Source: a virus
Lineage: Duplodnaviria > Heunggongvirae > Uroviricota > Caudoviricetes
Direction: 5' to 3' (one strand)
Virus record (IMG/VR): IMGVR_UViG_2703718846_000005
Coordinates: 1-17,376 of that record
Length of the DNA stretch: 17,376 nucleotides
In this document: positions 7,691-14,574 of the stretch, piece by piece
Layout of the letters: the number at the start of each line of letters is the position of its first letter
Numbering within the stretch: the stretch's first letter is position 1
Made by a program: the position numbers and the translations under genes
The notes under the pieces: model-generated
What the model saw: only the letters and a program-made list of their open reading frames with translations
What the model was told of the DNA's origin: nothing
The model's database searches: none

Positions 7691-7845
7691 AAACTGCGCG
7701 CCTTGTGCTGGCTGCCATCCTGTTGTTTCTGGTAGTGGCGGTTGATTTCACCGGGCGCCTGATGTCGGTGCTGGCTGATGGCGTGCTGGTGGTGATGGTA
7801 GTGGTCGTGCTCCGGCCTTTATTCCGGAACAAAAACAACAGCTGA
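7687..7845 (+). CDS. Small membrane peptide (52 aa) translationally coupled to the TerB-like gene
   Basis: GTG overlaps TerB-like stop (GTGA); product VKTARLVLAAILLFLVVAVDFTGRLMSVLADGVLVVMVVVVLRPLFRNKNNS is predicted TM; terminator follows. Confidence 0.4.
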   Translation: MKTARLVLAAILLFLVVAVDFTGRLMSVLADGVLVVMVVVVLRPLFRNKNNS

Positions 7846-7852
7846 TTATTTG

Positions 7853-7882
7853 AGCGGGCATTGAAAGCCCGCTGCATTTTTA
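7853..7882 (+). terminator. Terminator of the TerB-like unit, overlapping the stop of the convergent minus-strand gene
   Basis: AGCGGGC-attgaa-GCCCGCT hairpin followed by TTTTTA; the minus-strand side lacks a U-run. Confidence 0.55.
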
Positions 7883-8560
7883 TTGCTGCTGTTCCTTAAT
7901 GCGTTCCGGTAGCACAAATGCCACTTCAAGGAACAGGCGGAGAAACGCCACAAACTCTTTTGCCTGTTCACTACTGGCCTCGAGTTCGTGCACAGCCTCA
8001 TTGCCTTCCATACGGATTCGGTGAGCCCAGTTTCTCATTGATTCCGTCAGTATGCCGTCCTGCCGTGCCAGTTCAATGCGTGACAGCAGATTGCCTTTTT
8101 CGTACCCCAGGGCACGGAGGGCAACCTCGAGGACGCTACGGCAGCCAACAATGATACGCGGGGCGGTTCTGCCGGACCGAACATCCTCCTGCAACTCAGT
8201 GAAGACTGCGCGAATTTTTTCGGGATAGTGGGGGGAGTCATCGGGCAGCCTGAGTTCAGGATAGATTTTGATGCTTCCCTCAAGTGGAGCATTCAGCACC
8301 CAGGCTTTGTTGTTGATGGCTTTTTTCATGTCCACCAGTTCACTGACTGAACATTCGAATGCGATCATTAATGGGTTGTTACATTCTGTGCAAAAGTCTG
8401 TTGAGTATGCTTTTGCTGATGTTATTTCAGAGGTGCGCGGCTGTTGCACGTAAAGCTTGTTTTCTGTAGCCGGGCGCCTGCTGTGGTACTGGGTGACCTC
8501 ATTCAGAGAAATATGAACCTGATGAAGGCAGTACGGGCATCTAATTTTCAGGGAGTACAT
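7880..8560 (-). CDS. Zn-ribbon plus DUF4145-domain protein (226 aa), candidate defence/abortive-infection-type protein
   Basis: N-terminal CPYC...CTEC zinc ribbon; C-terminus ..RSVLEVALRALG..LLSRIELARQDGILTESMRNWAHRIRMEGNEAVHE..AKEFVAFLRLFLEVAF matches the DUF4145 pattern from memory; start at minus ATG 8560-8558 with AAGAGG SD. Confidence 0.65.
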   Translation of the reverse strand: MYSLKIRCPYCLHQVHISLNEVTQYHSRRPATENKLYVQQPRTSEITSAKAYSTDFCTECNNPLMIAFECSVSELVDMKKAINNKAWVLNAPLEGSIKIYPELRLPDDSPHYPEKIRAVFTELQEDVRSGRTAPRIIVGCRSVLEVALRALGYEKGNLLSRIELARQDGILTESMRNWAHRIRMEGNEAVHELEASSEQAKEFVAFLRLFLEVAFVLPERIKEQQQ

Positions 8561-8767
8561 ATGACCTCTTCGACAGAAGTGATAACTGAATTTGAAAATT
8601 GCATAGCAGATTCTGCCATTGATTCTGTAGCAGCGATAGAACGAAGGTTTGCTGCTGCTCAGACCCGGTATGGTCATGATGCAGCCGTCAAGGGGCTGGC
8701 AATGGCGTTTGTTATTGCGGAGAACCGCCGTCGCTTTATTGAAGCGCAAATGACACTAAAGCAATAA
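8561..8767 (+). CDS. Hypothetical small helical protein (68 aa)
   Basis: ATG 8561 with GGGAG SD 5 nt upstream; tandem terminators follow; start codon abuts the divergent DUF4145 gene start (CATATG). Confidence 0.45.
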   Translation: MTSSTEVITEFENCIADSAIDSVAAIERRFAAAQTRYGHDAAVKGLAMAFVIAENRRRFIEAQMTLKQ

Positions 8768-8780
8768 ATAGCACCACACA

Positions 8781-8841
8781 AAAGGCATCTGTGGGTGCCT
8801 TTGACTGGGTGTTTTTTTACGGGCCGACAGAGGCCCTTTTT
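8781..8841 (+). terminator. Tandem rho-independent terminators
   Basis: AAAGGCA-8 nt loop-TGCCTTT then U-run; GGGCC-gacaga-GGCCC then TTTTTT. Confidence 0.6.
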
Positions 8842-8860
8842 TATTTACAGGAGAAAAAGT

Positions 8861-9250
8861 ATGTCTGAACCCTTATCCGGTTCCGGCACGGCTGCGGCGC
8901 TCGGCGGGGCGACGGTATTCGGGCTGTTTACCGGAACGGATTTCGGGATTGTGTTTGGTGCATTCGCAGGGGCGCTGTTTGTGGCCACGATACCACAGAA
9001 GATTTCTGTCTGGCGTGTGGCAGCGCATTTTCTGGTGTCGTTCATTGTTGGCGTGCTGGGGGCGGATGTGATGGCGTCTTACCTGGTTGAAAAACTGAAT
9101 CTCCACAGCACATCTCTCGACGCACTTTGCGCGGTACTGGTATCGGTGGTGTCGGTGAAGATTCTCTCATTCATCCACCAGCAGGATATCGCATCGCTGG
9201 TATCCGGGCTGTTCTCCCGTCTGCGGGGTGGAGGCGGTAATGTTAAGTAA
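8861..9250 (+). CDS. Putative holin (3 predicted TM segments, 129 aa)
   Basis: AGGAG SD before ATG 8861; three hydrophobic segments, charged C-terminus; first gene of lysis cluster. Confidence 0.6.
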   Translation: MSEPLSGSGTAAALGGATVFGLFTGTDFGIVFGAFAGALFVATIPQKISVWRVAAHFLVSFIVGVLGADVMASYLVEKLNLHSTSLDALCAVLVSVVSVKILSFIHQQDIASLVSGLFSRLRGGGGNVK

Positions 9251-9515
9251 CCTTCCCGGATTACTGAATGTGGTGTTAAGCACGGTTATCGTGCTGACGC
9301 TCTTTTTTTATCGTCGCCGTGATTCCAGACATAAACCGCTGATGTCATGGCTGGCCTGGCTACTGATGCTGCTTTATGCCTTTGCACCACTCAGCTATCT
9401 GTGCGGTCGCCCGTTAGCGGCGAACTGGCTGGCGGTGGGGCTTAATCTGCTGTTCTGCGTGCTGGTGATACGTGCACGCGGGAACGTTTCAAAAATCCTT
9501 TCATTCCGGAGGTGA
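9240..9515 (+). CDS. Second holin/antiholin-like membrane protein (91 aa)
   Basis: ATG 9240 overlaps holin stop; three hydrophobic segments; basic C-terminus. Confidence 0.5.
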   Translation: MLSNLPGLLNVVLSTVIVLTLFFYRRRDSRHKPLMSWLAWLLMLLYAFAPLSYLCGRPLAANWLAVGLNLLFCVLVIRARGNVSKILSFRR

Positions 9516-9517
9516 GC

Positions 9518-9895
9518 ATGTCGGGTAAATTCAGATTCAGTCGTCGCAGTGAAAAAAATCTGGAGGGCGTCAAACCACAGCTGGTTGCTGTTGTTCGCCG
9601 TGCGCTGGAGCTGACGGAGGTTGATTTCGGTATTACGGAAGGTCTGCGCAGTAAGTATCGCCAGAAACAGCTGGTTGCAGAAGGTAAGAGCCAGACCATG
9701 AACAGCCGCCACCTGACCGGTGATGCTGTGGATGTTGTGGCTTATGTTGGCAGCCAGGTGTCATGGGACTGGCCTCTGTACGAGAAAATCGCACAGGCAT
9801 TTAAGCAAGCTGCCGCAGAGCTTGGAACTGCCATCGAATGGGGCGGTGACTGGCGGACGCTTAAAGACGGCCCACATTTTCAATTGAAGCGATAG
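9518..9895 (+). CDS. Endolysin, peptidase M15 family (L-alanyl-D-glutamate peptidase / VanY-like)
   Basis: SRHLTGDAVDV (SxHxxGxAxD zinc-binding motif) and ..WGGDWRTLKDGPHFQL; GGAGG SD before ATG 9518. Confidence 0.8.
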   Translation: MSGKFRFSRRSEKNLEGVKPQLVAVVRRALELTEVDFGITEGLRSKYRQKQLVAEGKSQTMNSRHLTGDAVDVVAYVGSQVSWDWPLYEKIAQAFKQAAAELGTAIEWGGDWRTLKDGPHFQLKR

Positions 9896-9912
9896 CTTGC
9901 AAAACATACAGG

Positions 9913-9934
9913 GCCGCCATGAGCGGCTTTTTTA
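9913..9934 (+). terminator. Terminator after endolysin
   Basis: GCCGC-catga-GCGGC followed by TTTTTT. Confidence 0.65.
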
Positions 9935-9965
9935 TTGCTCAAAAAACGAAAGAACGGAGGTACGT

Positions 9966-10247
9966 ATGTACGCACTGAAAAAAATCACGGTAACTAAAGA
10001 TGGTCGTCAGGTTGAAGAAGTGCATGTTCTGGGGAATATGTATCGTCTGGAGTTCTATCCGCGTGACACTCATCTTGCAGCAAAAATTGAGTATTGCCTG
10101 GGCGGGGATATTCCATGTATTCCGGTAGAAAAAGAGGATGAGGCTTACATTACCACGCTGACCGGAGACACGGTGCGTTGTATCTGTCGCGGTGACAGTA
10201 AAGCCAGGAATGAAATAGCCAGATGCCGCACCCAAGGCAGTAAATAA
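9966..10247 (+). CDS. Hypothetical Cys-containing protein (93 aa)
   Basis: ACGGAGG SD before ATG 9966; bounded by terminators on both sides. Confidence 0.5.
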   Translation: MYALKKITVTKDGRQVEEVHVLGNMYRLEFYPRDTHLAAKIEYCLGGDIPCIPVEKEDEAYITTLTGDTVRCICRGDSKARNEIARCRTQGSK

Positions 10248-10254
10248 AAAACAA

Positions 10255-10287
10255 AACCCCGGCTGCTGGAACAGTCCGGGGTTTTTA
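10255..10287 (+). terminator. Strong rho-independent terminator
   Basis: CCCCGG-13 nt loop-CCGGGG followed by TTTTT. Confidence 0.85.
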
Positions 10288-10377
10288 GTTTTCACGTCAA
10301 AGAGGAAATTGTGAGTAGTGAGTACGGAGAAAATCCTCGTGGGAAAGTATAAAAGATTCTTTTTGAGGTTGTCCATT

Positions 10378-10491
10378 ATGAAAGGTATTGAAGTGGAAAC
10401 TCCCGCGAGCCTTGATTTGACAAGGGCTGCGGCCTTTGCAATTCGCCTTGTGGCGGTCGCTGTTCTGATTTGGGCTGTGCGTTGGTGGTGA
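10378..10491 (+). CDS. Small TM peptide (37 aa)
   Basis: GAGG SD before ATG 10378; MKGIEVETPASLDLTRAAAFAIRLVAVAVLIWAVRWW; stop 1 nt before the lipoprotein start. Confidence 0.35.
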   Translation: MKGIEVETPASLDLTRAAAFAIRLVAVAVLIWAVRWW

Positions 10492-10492
10492 C

Positions 10493-10675
10493 ATGAGCCG
10501 AAAACACTGGACACACAGAATGCCTCGAACGGCGGTGAAATGGGCGCTGATAGCGATACTGGTGCCTTTTTTCCTGGTGGGATGTGTCAGCCTGGATAAA
10601 GCGCGCCAGCTTTTTGATACAGCTTCTCAGGTCTGTGAAATTGTCGACGGTGTTCGGCAGTGTCTGCAGAACTGA
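10493..10675 (+). CDS. Small predicted lipoprotein (60 aa)
   Basis: Basic n-region, hydrophobic core ALIAILVPFFLVG, lipobox LVGC; short mature part with 3 Cys; not proline-rich like lambda Rz1. Confidence 0.5.
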   Translation: MSRKHWTHRMPRTAVKWALIAILVPFFLVGCVSLDKARQLFDTASQVCEIVDGVRQCLQN

Positions 10676-10846
10676 TCGCCTGTAAGAGCAGAATATTTTG
10701 CTGAAAAATGAAGGATGCGCCGGCGTCCGGAAAGCATGAAATTCTGTGTTTGTGGCTACTCAATTAAATAAATTCTTTCTGTCGCCGCGAATACTCAAAT
10801 GTTGATCAGCGCCCGGTGCGGCGACGAGCTTCGATATCAGGAGACG

Positions 10847-11146
10847 ATGATGGAAAAAACAGAAAACAAACCGATTGTAATTGGTGCTGATGCTGCTCCG
10901 TTTAAGTTTGAGTTGTCTCAACTGGTGGAGATGCGCATCAGTGATGAATGGGGGGAGGTTAAAGCCCGCGCGCAGTATGCGGATGGCGAAAACCAGTACT
11001 TGATCCACTACAAAGCAGCTGATGGTCGCGCCACGACGGAGTGGTTTGGTGAGTCAATGCTGGAAGCAACGGAAGATGATCGCCATCCTGGCTGTCCGGT
11101 ATTTGCTGGTATGAAATTGCCGGAAGGTGCGGTTGTTACAGAGTAA
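10847..11146 (+). CDS. Hypothetical acidic protein (about 99 aa)
   Basis: AGGAGA SD (10838-10844) before ATG 10847/10850; in ORF 10799..11146. Confidence 0.5.
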   Translation: MMEKTENKPIVIGADAAPFKFELSQLVEMRISDEWGEVKARAQYADGENQYLIHYKAADGRATTEWFGESMLEATEDDRHPGCPVFAGMKLPEGAVVTE

Positions 11147-11351
11147 CAGACATTACAGCAGCCCTTCAGCGAGGGGCTGCGATAATGTGAGAAATAAAAA
11201 ACCGGTCACAGGGAACAGCCACACAGAACCGGCCGGCGAAGACCGCCAATATCACCCGAGCATCGGTACAACATACTTATGACAATAGACGGTATTGATG
11301 TAAATGCAATGTTATGCATCGACGAAAATAAAAAACCGGCAGGGGAAATCC

Positions 11352-11492
11352 ATGGAAGATTTGCCGGTGGCGAAAGAGGGCCATGTTTTTAACCTTAGTC
11401 GCAGAGTTACGGAGTGCAACTACGAATGCTGCCGGTATATGGCTGAATGGCGTTTCAATGATGTGCATCATGTTATGCGCAAACGAAAGTGA
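11352..11492 (+). CDS. Small Cys-rich ORF (46 aa), doubtful
   Basis: Internal ATG of ORF 11304..11492; weak SD. Confidence 0.2.
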   Translation: MEDLPVAKEGHVFNLSRRVTECNYECCRYMAEWRFNDVHHVMRKRK

Positions 11493-11504
11493 TAATCGCT
11501 CCCG

Positions 11505-11690
11505 TTTTCACGGGTCCTTTCCGGGAGTTGAAACACCGGGGGTCGTAGGACGCGCAAAAACGCGCTATTTATGAAAATTTTCAGGGAACCATGTCCGGTT
11601 TCACTACTGGTTAACTATATGAAAAATATAAAAACAAGCTTTTTGTGAACCGGACATGTACAAAAAACGAACATGCAAACCGGACATGAG
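11505..11690 (+). promoter_or_regulatory. cos site region (cosQ-like, cosN region, cosB with IHF-like A/T tract and three R-like repeats)
   Basis: TTTTCACGGGTCCTTTCCGG and GCTATTTATGAAAATTTTC match the lambda right/left end sequences as I remember them; 10-bp motif ACCGGACATG occurs at 11649-11658 and 11679-11688 and inverted at 11590-11599; lies directly upstream of the Nu1-like gene. Confidence 0.6.
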
Positions 11691-11732
11691 CGGTTTTCTG
11701 ATTGTGAGGTGAGAGTTTTTGCGAGGTGAGTC

Positions 11733-12242
11733 GTGGCTACGCAGACTGAAGTTGCCAGGCATTTGAGTCTGACCGATCGCCAGCTTCGCAGATTGCAGAA
11801 ATTGCCGGGTGCCCCGGTCTCGAATAAACGGGGGCATCATGACTTGGATGCCTGGCGTGATTTTTACATATCGTATCTGAGGAGAAGTAAAAATGATGTG
11901 TCTGATGGTGATAGCGAAGAAGACTATGAAGAAAAATTACTTATCGCCAGATGGAAATTGACTGAAGAACAGGCAATAGCACAGCAATTAAAAAATCAGG
12001 TAACTGAAGGCAGACTTATTGATTCAGGGTTCTGCGTTTTCGCCCTCAGCAAACTGGCGATGGCATTGTCCAGTACGCTTGATTCCATTCCTTTATCCAT
12101 GCAGCGACAGTTCCCGGATTTAACCCCGCGTCATATTGATTATCTGAAAACCCTTATCGCAAAGGGAGCGAATCAGTGTGCGCGGGCAGGGGATAAATTG
12201 CCGGAGTTACTCGATGAATATATCCGAACAACAGTTGAATAA
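11733..12242 (+). CDS. Terminase small subunit (lambda Nu1-like)
   Basis: GTG start with GAGGTGAG SD; ..FCVFALSKLAMALSSTLDSIPLSMQRQFPDLTPRHIDYLK.. closely parallels lambda gpNu1; overlaps the large-subunit start as in lambda. Confidence 0.9.
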   Translation: MATQTEVARHLSLTDRQLRRLQKLPGAPVSNKRGHHDLDAWRDFYISYLRRSKNDVSDGDSEEDYEEKLLIARWKLTEEQAIAQQLKNQVTEGRLIDSGFCVFALSKLAMALSSTLDSIPLSMQRQFPDLTPRHIDYLKTLIAKGANQCARAGDKLPELLDEYIRTTVE

Positions 12243-14574
12243 TATGATGATCGCCGTCACAACCGCATTACAGCCACTAATAAGGGCATTGCCGGTCACG
12301 CCGGTTGAATGGGCTGATCAAAATTATTATCTGCCTAAAGAATCGTCATACGGTGAAGGAGAGTGGAAAACCCTGCCGTTTCAGGTCGCCATTATGAACA
12401 GCATGGGGCACGACAGGATCCGCACTGTTAATCTGATTAAATCGGCGCGTGTGGGTTACACCAAAATGCTGCTGGGCGTGGTCGGGTATTTTATTGAGCA
12501 TAAATCCCGTAACAGCCTGCTCTTCCAGCCGACAGATTCCGCAGCTGAAGATTTTATGAAAGCGCATGTGGAAGCAACGCTCCGGGATGTCCCCAGCCTT
12601 AAAGCGTTATCGCCATGGCTGGGCAGAAAACATCGGGACAACACACTCACCCTGAAGCGTTTTTCCTCCGGCGTGGGGTTCTGGTGCCTGGGGGGGGCCG
12701 CTGCTAAAAACTACCGTGAAAAATCTGTGGATGTGGTCTGCTATGACGAACTCTCCTCGTTTGAACCGGATGTGGAAAAAGAAGGCTCGCCGACGCTGCT
12801 TGGCGATAAACGTATCGAAGGCTCGGTATGGCCTAAATCCATACGCGGCTCAACGCCAAAAATTAAAGGCTCCTGCCAGATTGAGAAAGCGGCGAATGAA
12901 TCTGCGCATTTCATGCGGTTTTATGTCCCTTGCCCTCATTGCGGGGAGGCCCAGTATCTGAAGTTTGGCGATGATGCGACGCCGTTTGGCCTGAAATGGG
13001 AGAAGGGTAAACCCGAAACGGTGTATTACCTGTGTGAACATAATGGCTGTGTGATCCGCCAGTCGGAACTTGACCAGACCGACGGATGCTGGATTTGTGA
13101 CAATACCGGGATGTGGACGCGTGACGGCCTGACATTTTACAGTGCCGGTGATGAGGAAATCCCGCCACCGCGCTCAATTTCGTACCACATCTGGACGGCA
13201 TACAGCCCGTTCACCACCTGGGTACAGATTGTTTATGACTGGCTCGATGCACTGAAGGATCCGAATGGCGTCAAGACGTTCATTAACACCACGCTCGGGG
13301 AGCCCTATGAAGAGGCCGTGGCAGAAAAACTGAGCTTTGAGTTGTTGCTGGAAAAAGTCTGCCACTATGGCGCGCAGGTTCCCCTGCGGGTGGTTTACCT
13401 GACCGCAGGGATAGACTCCCAGAAAGATCGCTATGAAATTTATGTTTGGGGCTGGGCTCCCGGCGAAGAAGCCTTTCTGATTGACAAGCAAATTATCATG
13501 GGGCGACCGGAGGACGAGGACACCCTTAAACGTGTTGATGCGGTGATCCGGAAAAAATACCGCCATGCTGACGGTACTGAAATTTCCATTTCCCGCGTCT
13601 GCTGGGATACCGGTGGTATCGACCAGGACATTGTGTATCAGCGATCCAGAAAACACGGCACTTTTTTTGTGCTTCCCATAAAAGGGGCATCGGTGTATGG
13701 CAAGCCGGTGATCACCATGCCCAAAAAGCGCAACCAGCGTGGTGTGTTTTTGTGTGAGGTGGGCTCCGATACCGTCAAGGAAATGCTGTACGCCCGTTTT
13801 GCCCTGCCGGTGGTTTCTGCCAGTGAAGCAGCTCCGTATACCTTCCGTTTTCCGGATAACCCGGACATTTTTTCGGAAGAAGAGGCGCGTCAAATCGTAG
13901 CGGAAGAACTGGTGGAAAAGGTGGTTAACGGCAGGGTGAAACTGCTGTGGGATAAAAAAGGGCGACGCAACGAAGCCCTCGACTGCCTGGTATATGCTTA
14001 TGCCGCCCTGCGCGTTTCGGTACAGCGGTGGCAACTGGACCTTGAAGCACTGGCGATGGCACGAAAAGATGAGCAGGATGAGGATGATATGAGCATGGAA
14101 GAGATCGCGGCTGCACTGAGTGGAGGATATTCCAGTGCCAGGGCATCCGCCAATGAGTCGTGGCGGTATTTTATGGGAAAACGAAAATTTGTGGCCAGTC
14201 GCCTGGCGTCACAGATGTTTGCCTGCTGGCTGGAGGAAGCCCTTATTCGTGGTGTGATCCGTCCGCCGAAATCCCGTTTCTCATTCTGGGAGGCTCGTTC
14301 CGGGTGGTGCCGTGCCGAGTGGATTGGTGCCGGTCGTATGGCGATTGATGGCCTTAAGGAAGTGCAGGAAGCGGTGATGCGCATTGAAGGCGGCCTGAGT
14401 ACATACGAGAAAGAGCTGGCCCTGATGGGGGATGACTATCAGGAGATTTTCCGCCAGCAGCTACGGGAAACTCAGGAGCGACAGGCTGCCGGTCTTCCGC
14501 GTCCGGTCTGGATAAAGGACGCGTTTCAACAGCAGATCCGACAGACAACGGGAGAAAAAGGCGATGCGCTGTAA
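12214..14574 (+). CDS. Terminase large subunit (lambda gpA-like) fused in frame to the C-terminal part of the portal protein (gpB-like)
   Basis: N-terminus MNISEQQLNN..VEWADQNYYLPKES..GDKRIEGSVWPKSIRGSTPK.. follows lambda gpA for about 637 aa; from about 14128 the frame continues as ..YSSARASANESWRYFMGKRKFVASR..MAIDGLKEVQEAVMRIEGGLSTYEKE.., which matches the lambda portal C-terminus (from memory). Confidence 0.85.
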   Translation: MNISEQQLNNMMIAVTTALQPLIRALPVTPVEWADQNYYLPKESSYGEGEWKTLPFQVAIMNSMGHDRIRTVNLIKSARVGYTKMLLGVVGYFIEHKSRNSLLFQPTDSAAEDFMKAHVEATLRDVPSLKALSPWLGRKHRDNTLTLKRFSSGVGFWCLGGAAAKNYREKSVDVVCYDELSSFEPDVEKEGSPTLLGDKRIEGSVWPKSIRGSTPKIKGSCQIEKAANESAHFMRFYVPCPHCGEAQYLKFGDDATPFGLKWEKGKPETVYYLCEHNGCVIRQSELDQTDGCWICDNTGMWTRDGLTFYSAGDEEIPPPRSISYHIWTAYSPFTTWVQIVYDWLDALKDPNGVKTFINTTLGEPYEEAVAEKLSFELLLEKVCHYGAQVPLRVVYLTAGIDSQKDRYEIYVWGWAPGEEAFLIDKQIIMGRPEDEDTLKRVDAVIRKKYRHADGTEISISRVCWDTGGIDQDIVYQRSRKHGTFFVLPIKGASVYGKPVITMPKKRNQRGVFLCEVGSDTVKEMLYARFALPVVSASEAAPYTFRFPDNPDIFSEEEARQIVAEELVEKVVNGRVKLLWDKKGRRNEALDCLVYAYAALRVSVQRWQLDLEALAMARKDEQDEDDMSMEEIAAALSGGYSSARASANESWRYFMGKRKFVASRLASQMFACWLEEALIRGVIRPPKSRFSFWEARSGWCRAEWIGAGRMAIDGLKEVQEAVMRIEGGLSTYEKELALMGDDYQEIFRQQLRETQERQAAGLPRPVWIKDAFQQQIRQTTGEKGDAL

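Noticed and set aside
8561-8749. Extended 289-aa version of the minus-strand DUF4145 gene starting at 8749
   Set aside because: The extra 63 N-terminal residues are Cys/Arg/Tyr-rich and look like out-of-frame translation; the region is better explained by the plus-strand 68-aa ORF; internal ATG at 8560 has a proper SD and places the zinc ribbon at the N-terminus.
9939-10514. 191-aa minus-strand ORF
   Set aside because: Spans two plus-strand terminators and the plus-strand 93-aa and 37-aa genes; low-complexity product; no start context.
11159-11182. Possible terminator hairpin after the 99-aa gene
   Set aside because: GCAGCCC/GGGCTGC stem is present but there is no U-run on either strand, so it is not called as an intrinsic terminator.
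13174-14034. 286-aa minus-strand ORF
   Set aside because: Lies entirely antisense to the strongly supported terminase large-subunit gene; no SD; composition typical of a shadow ORF.
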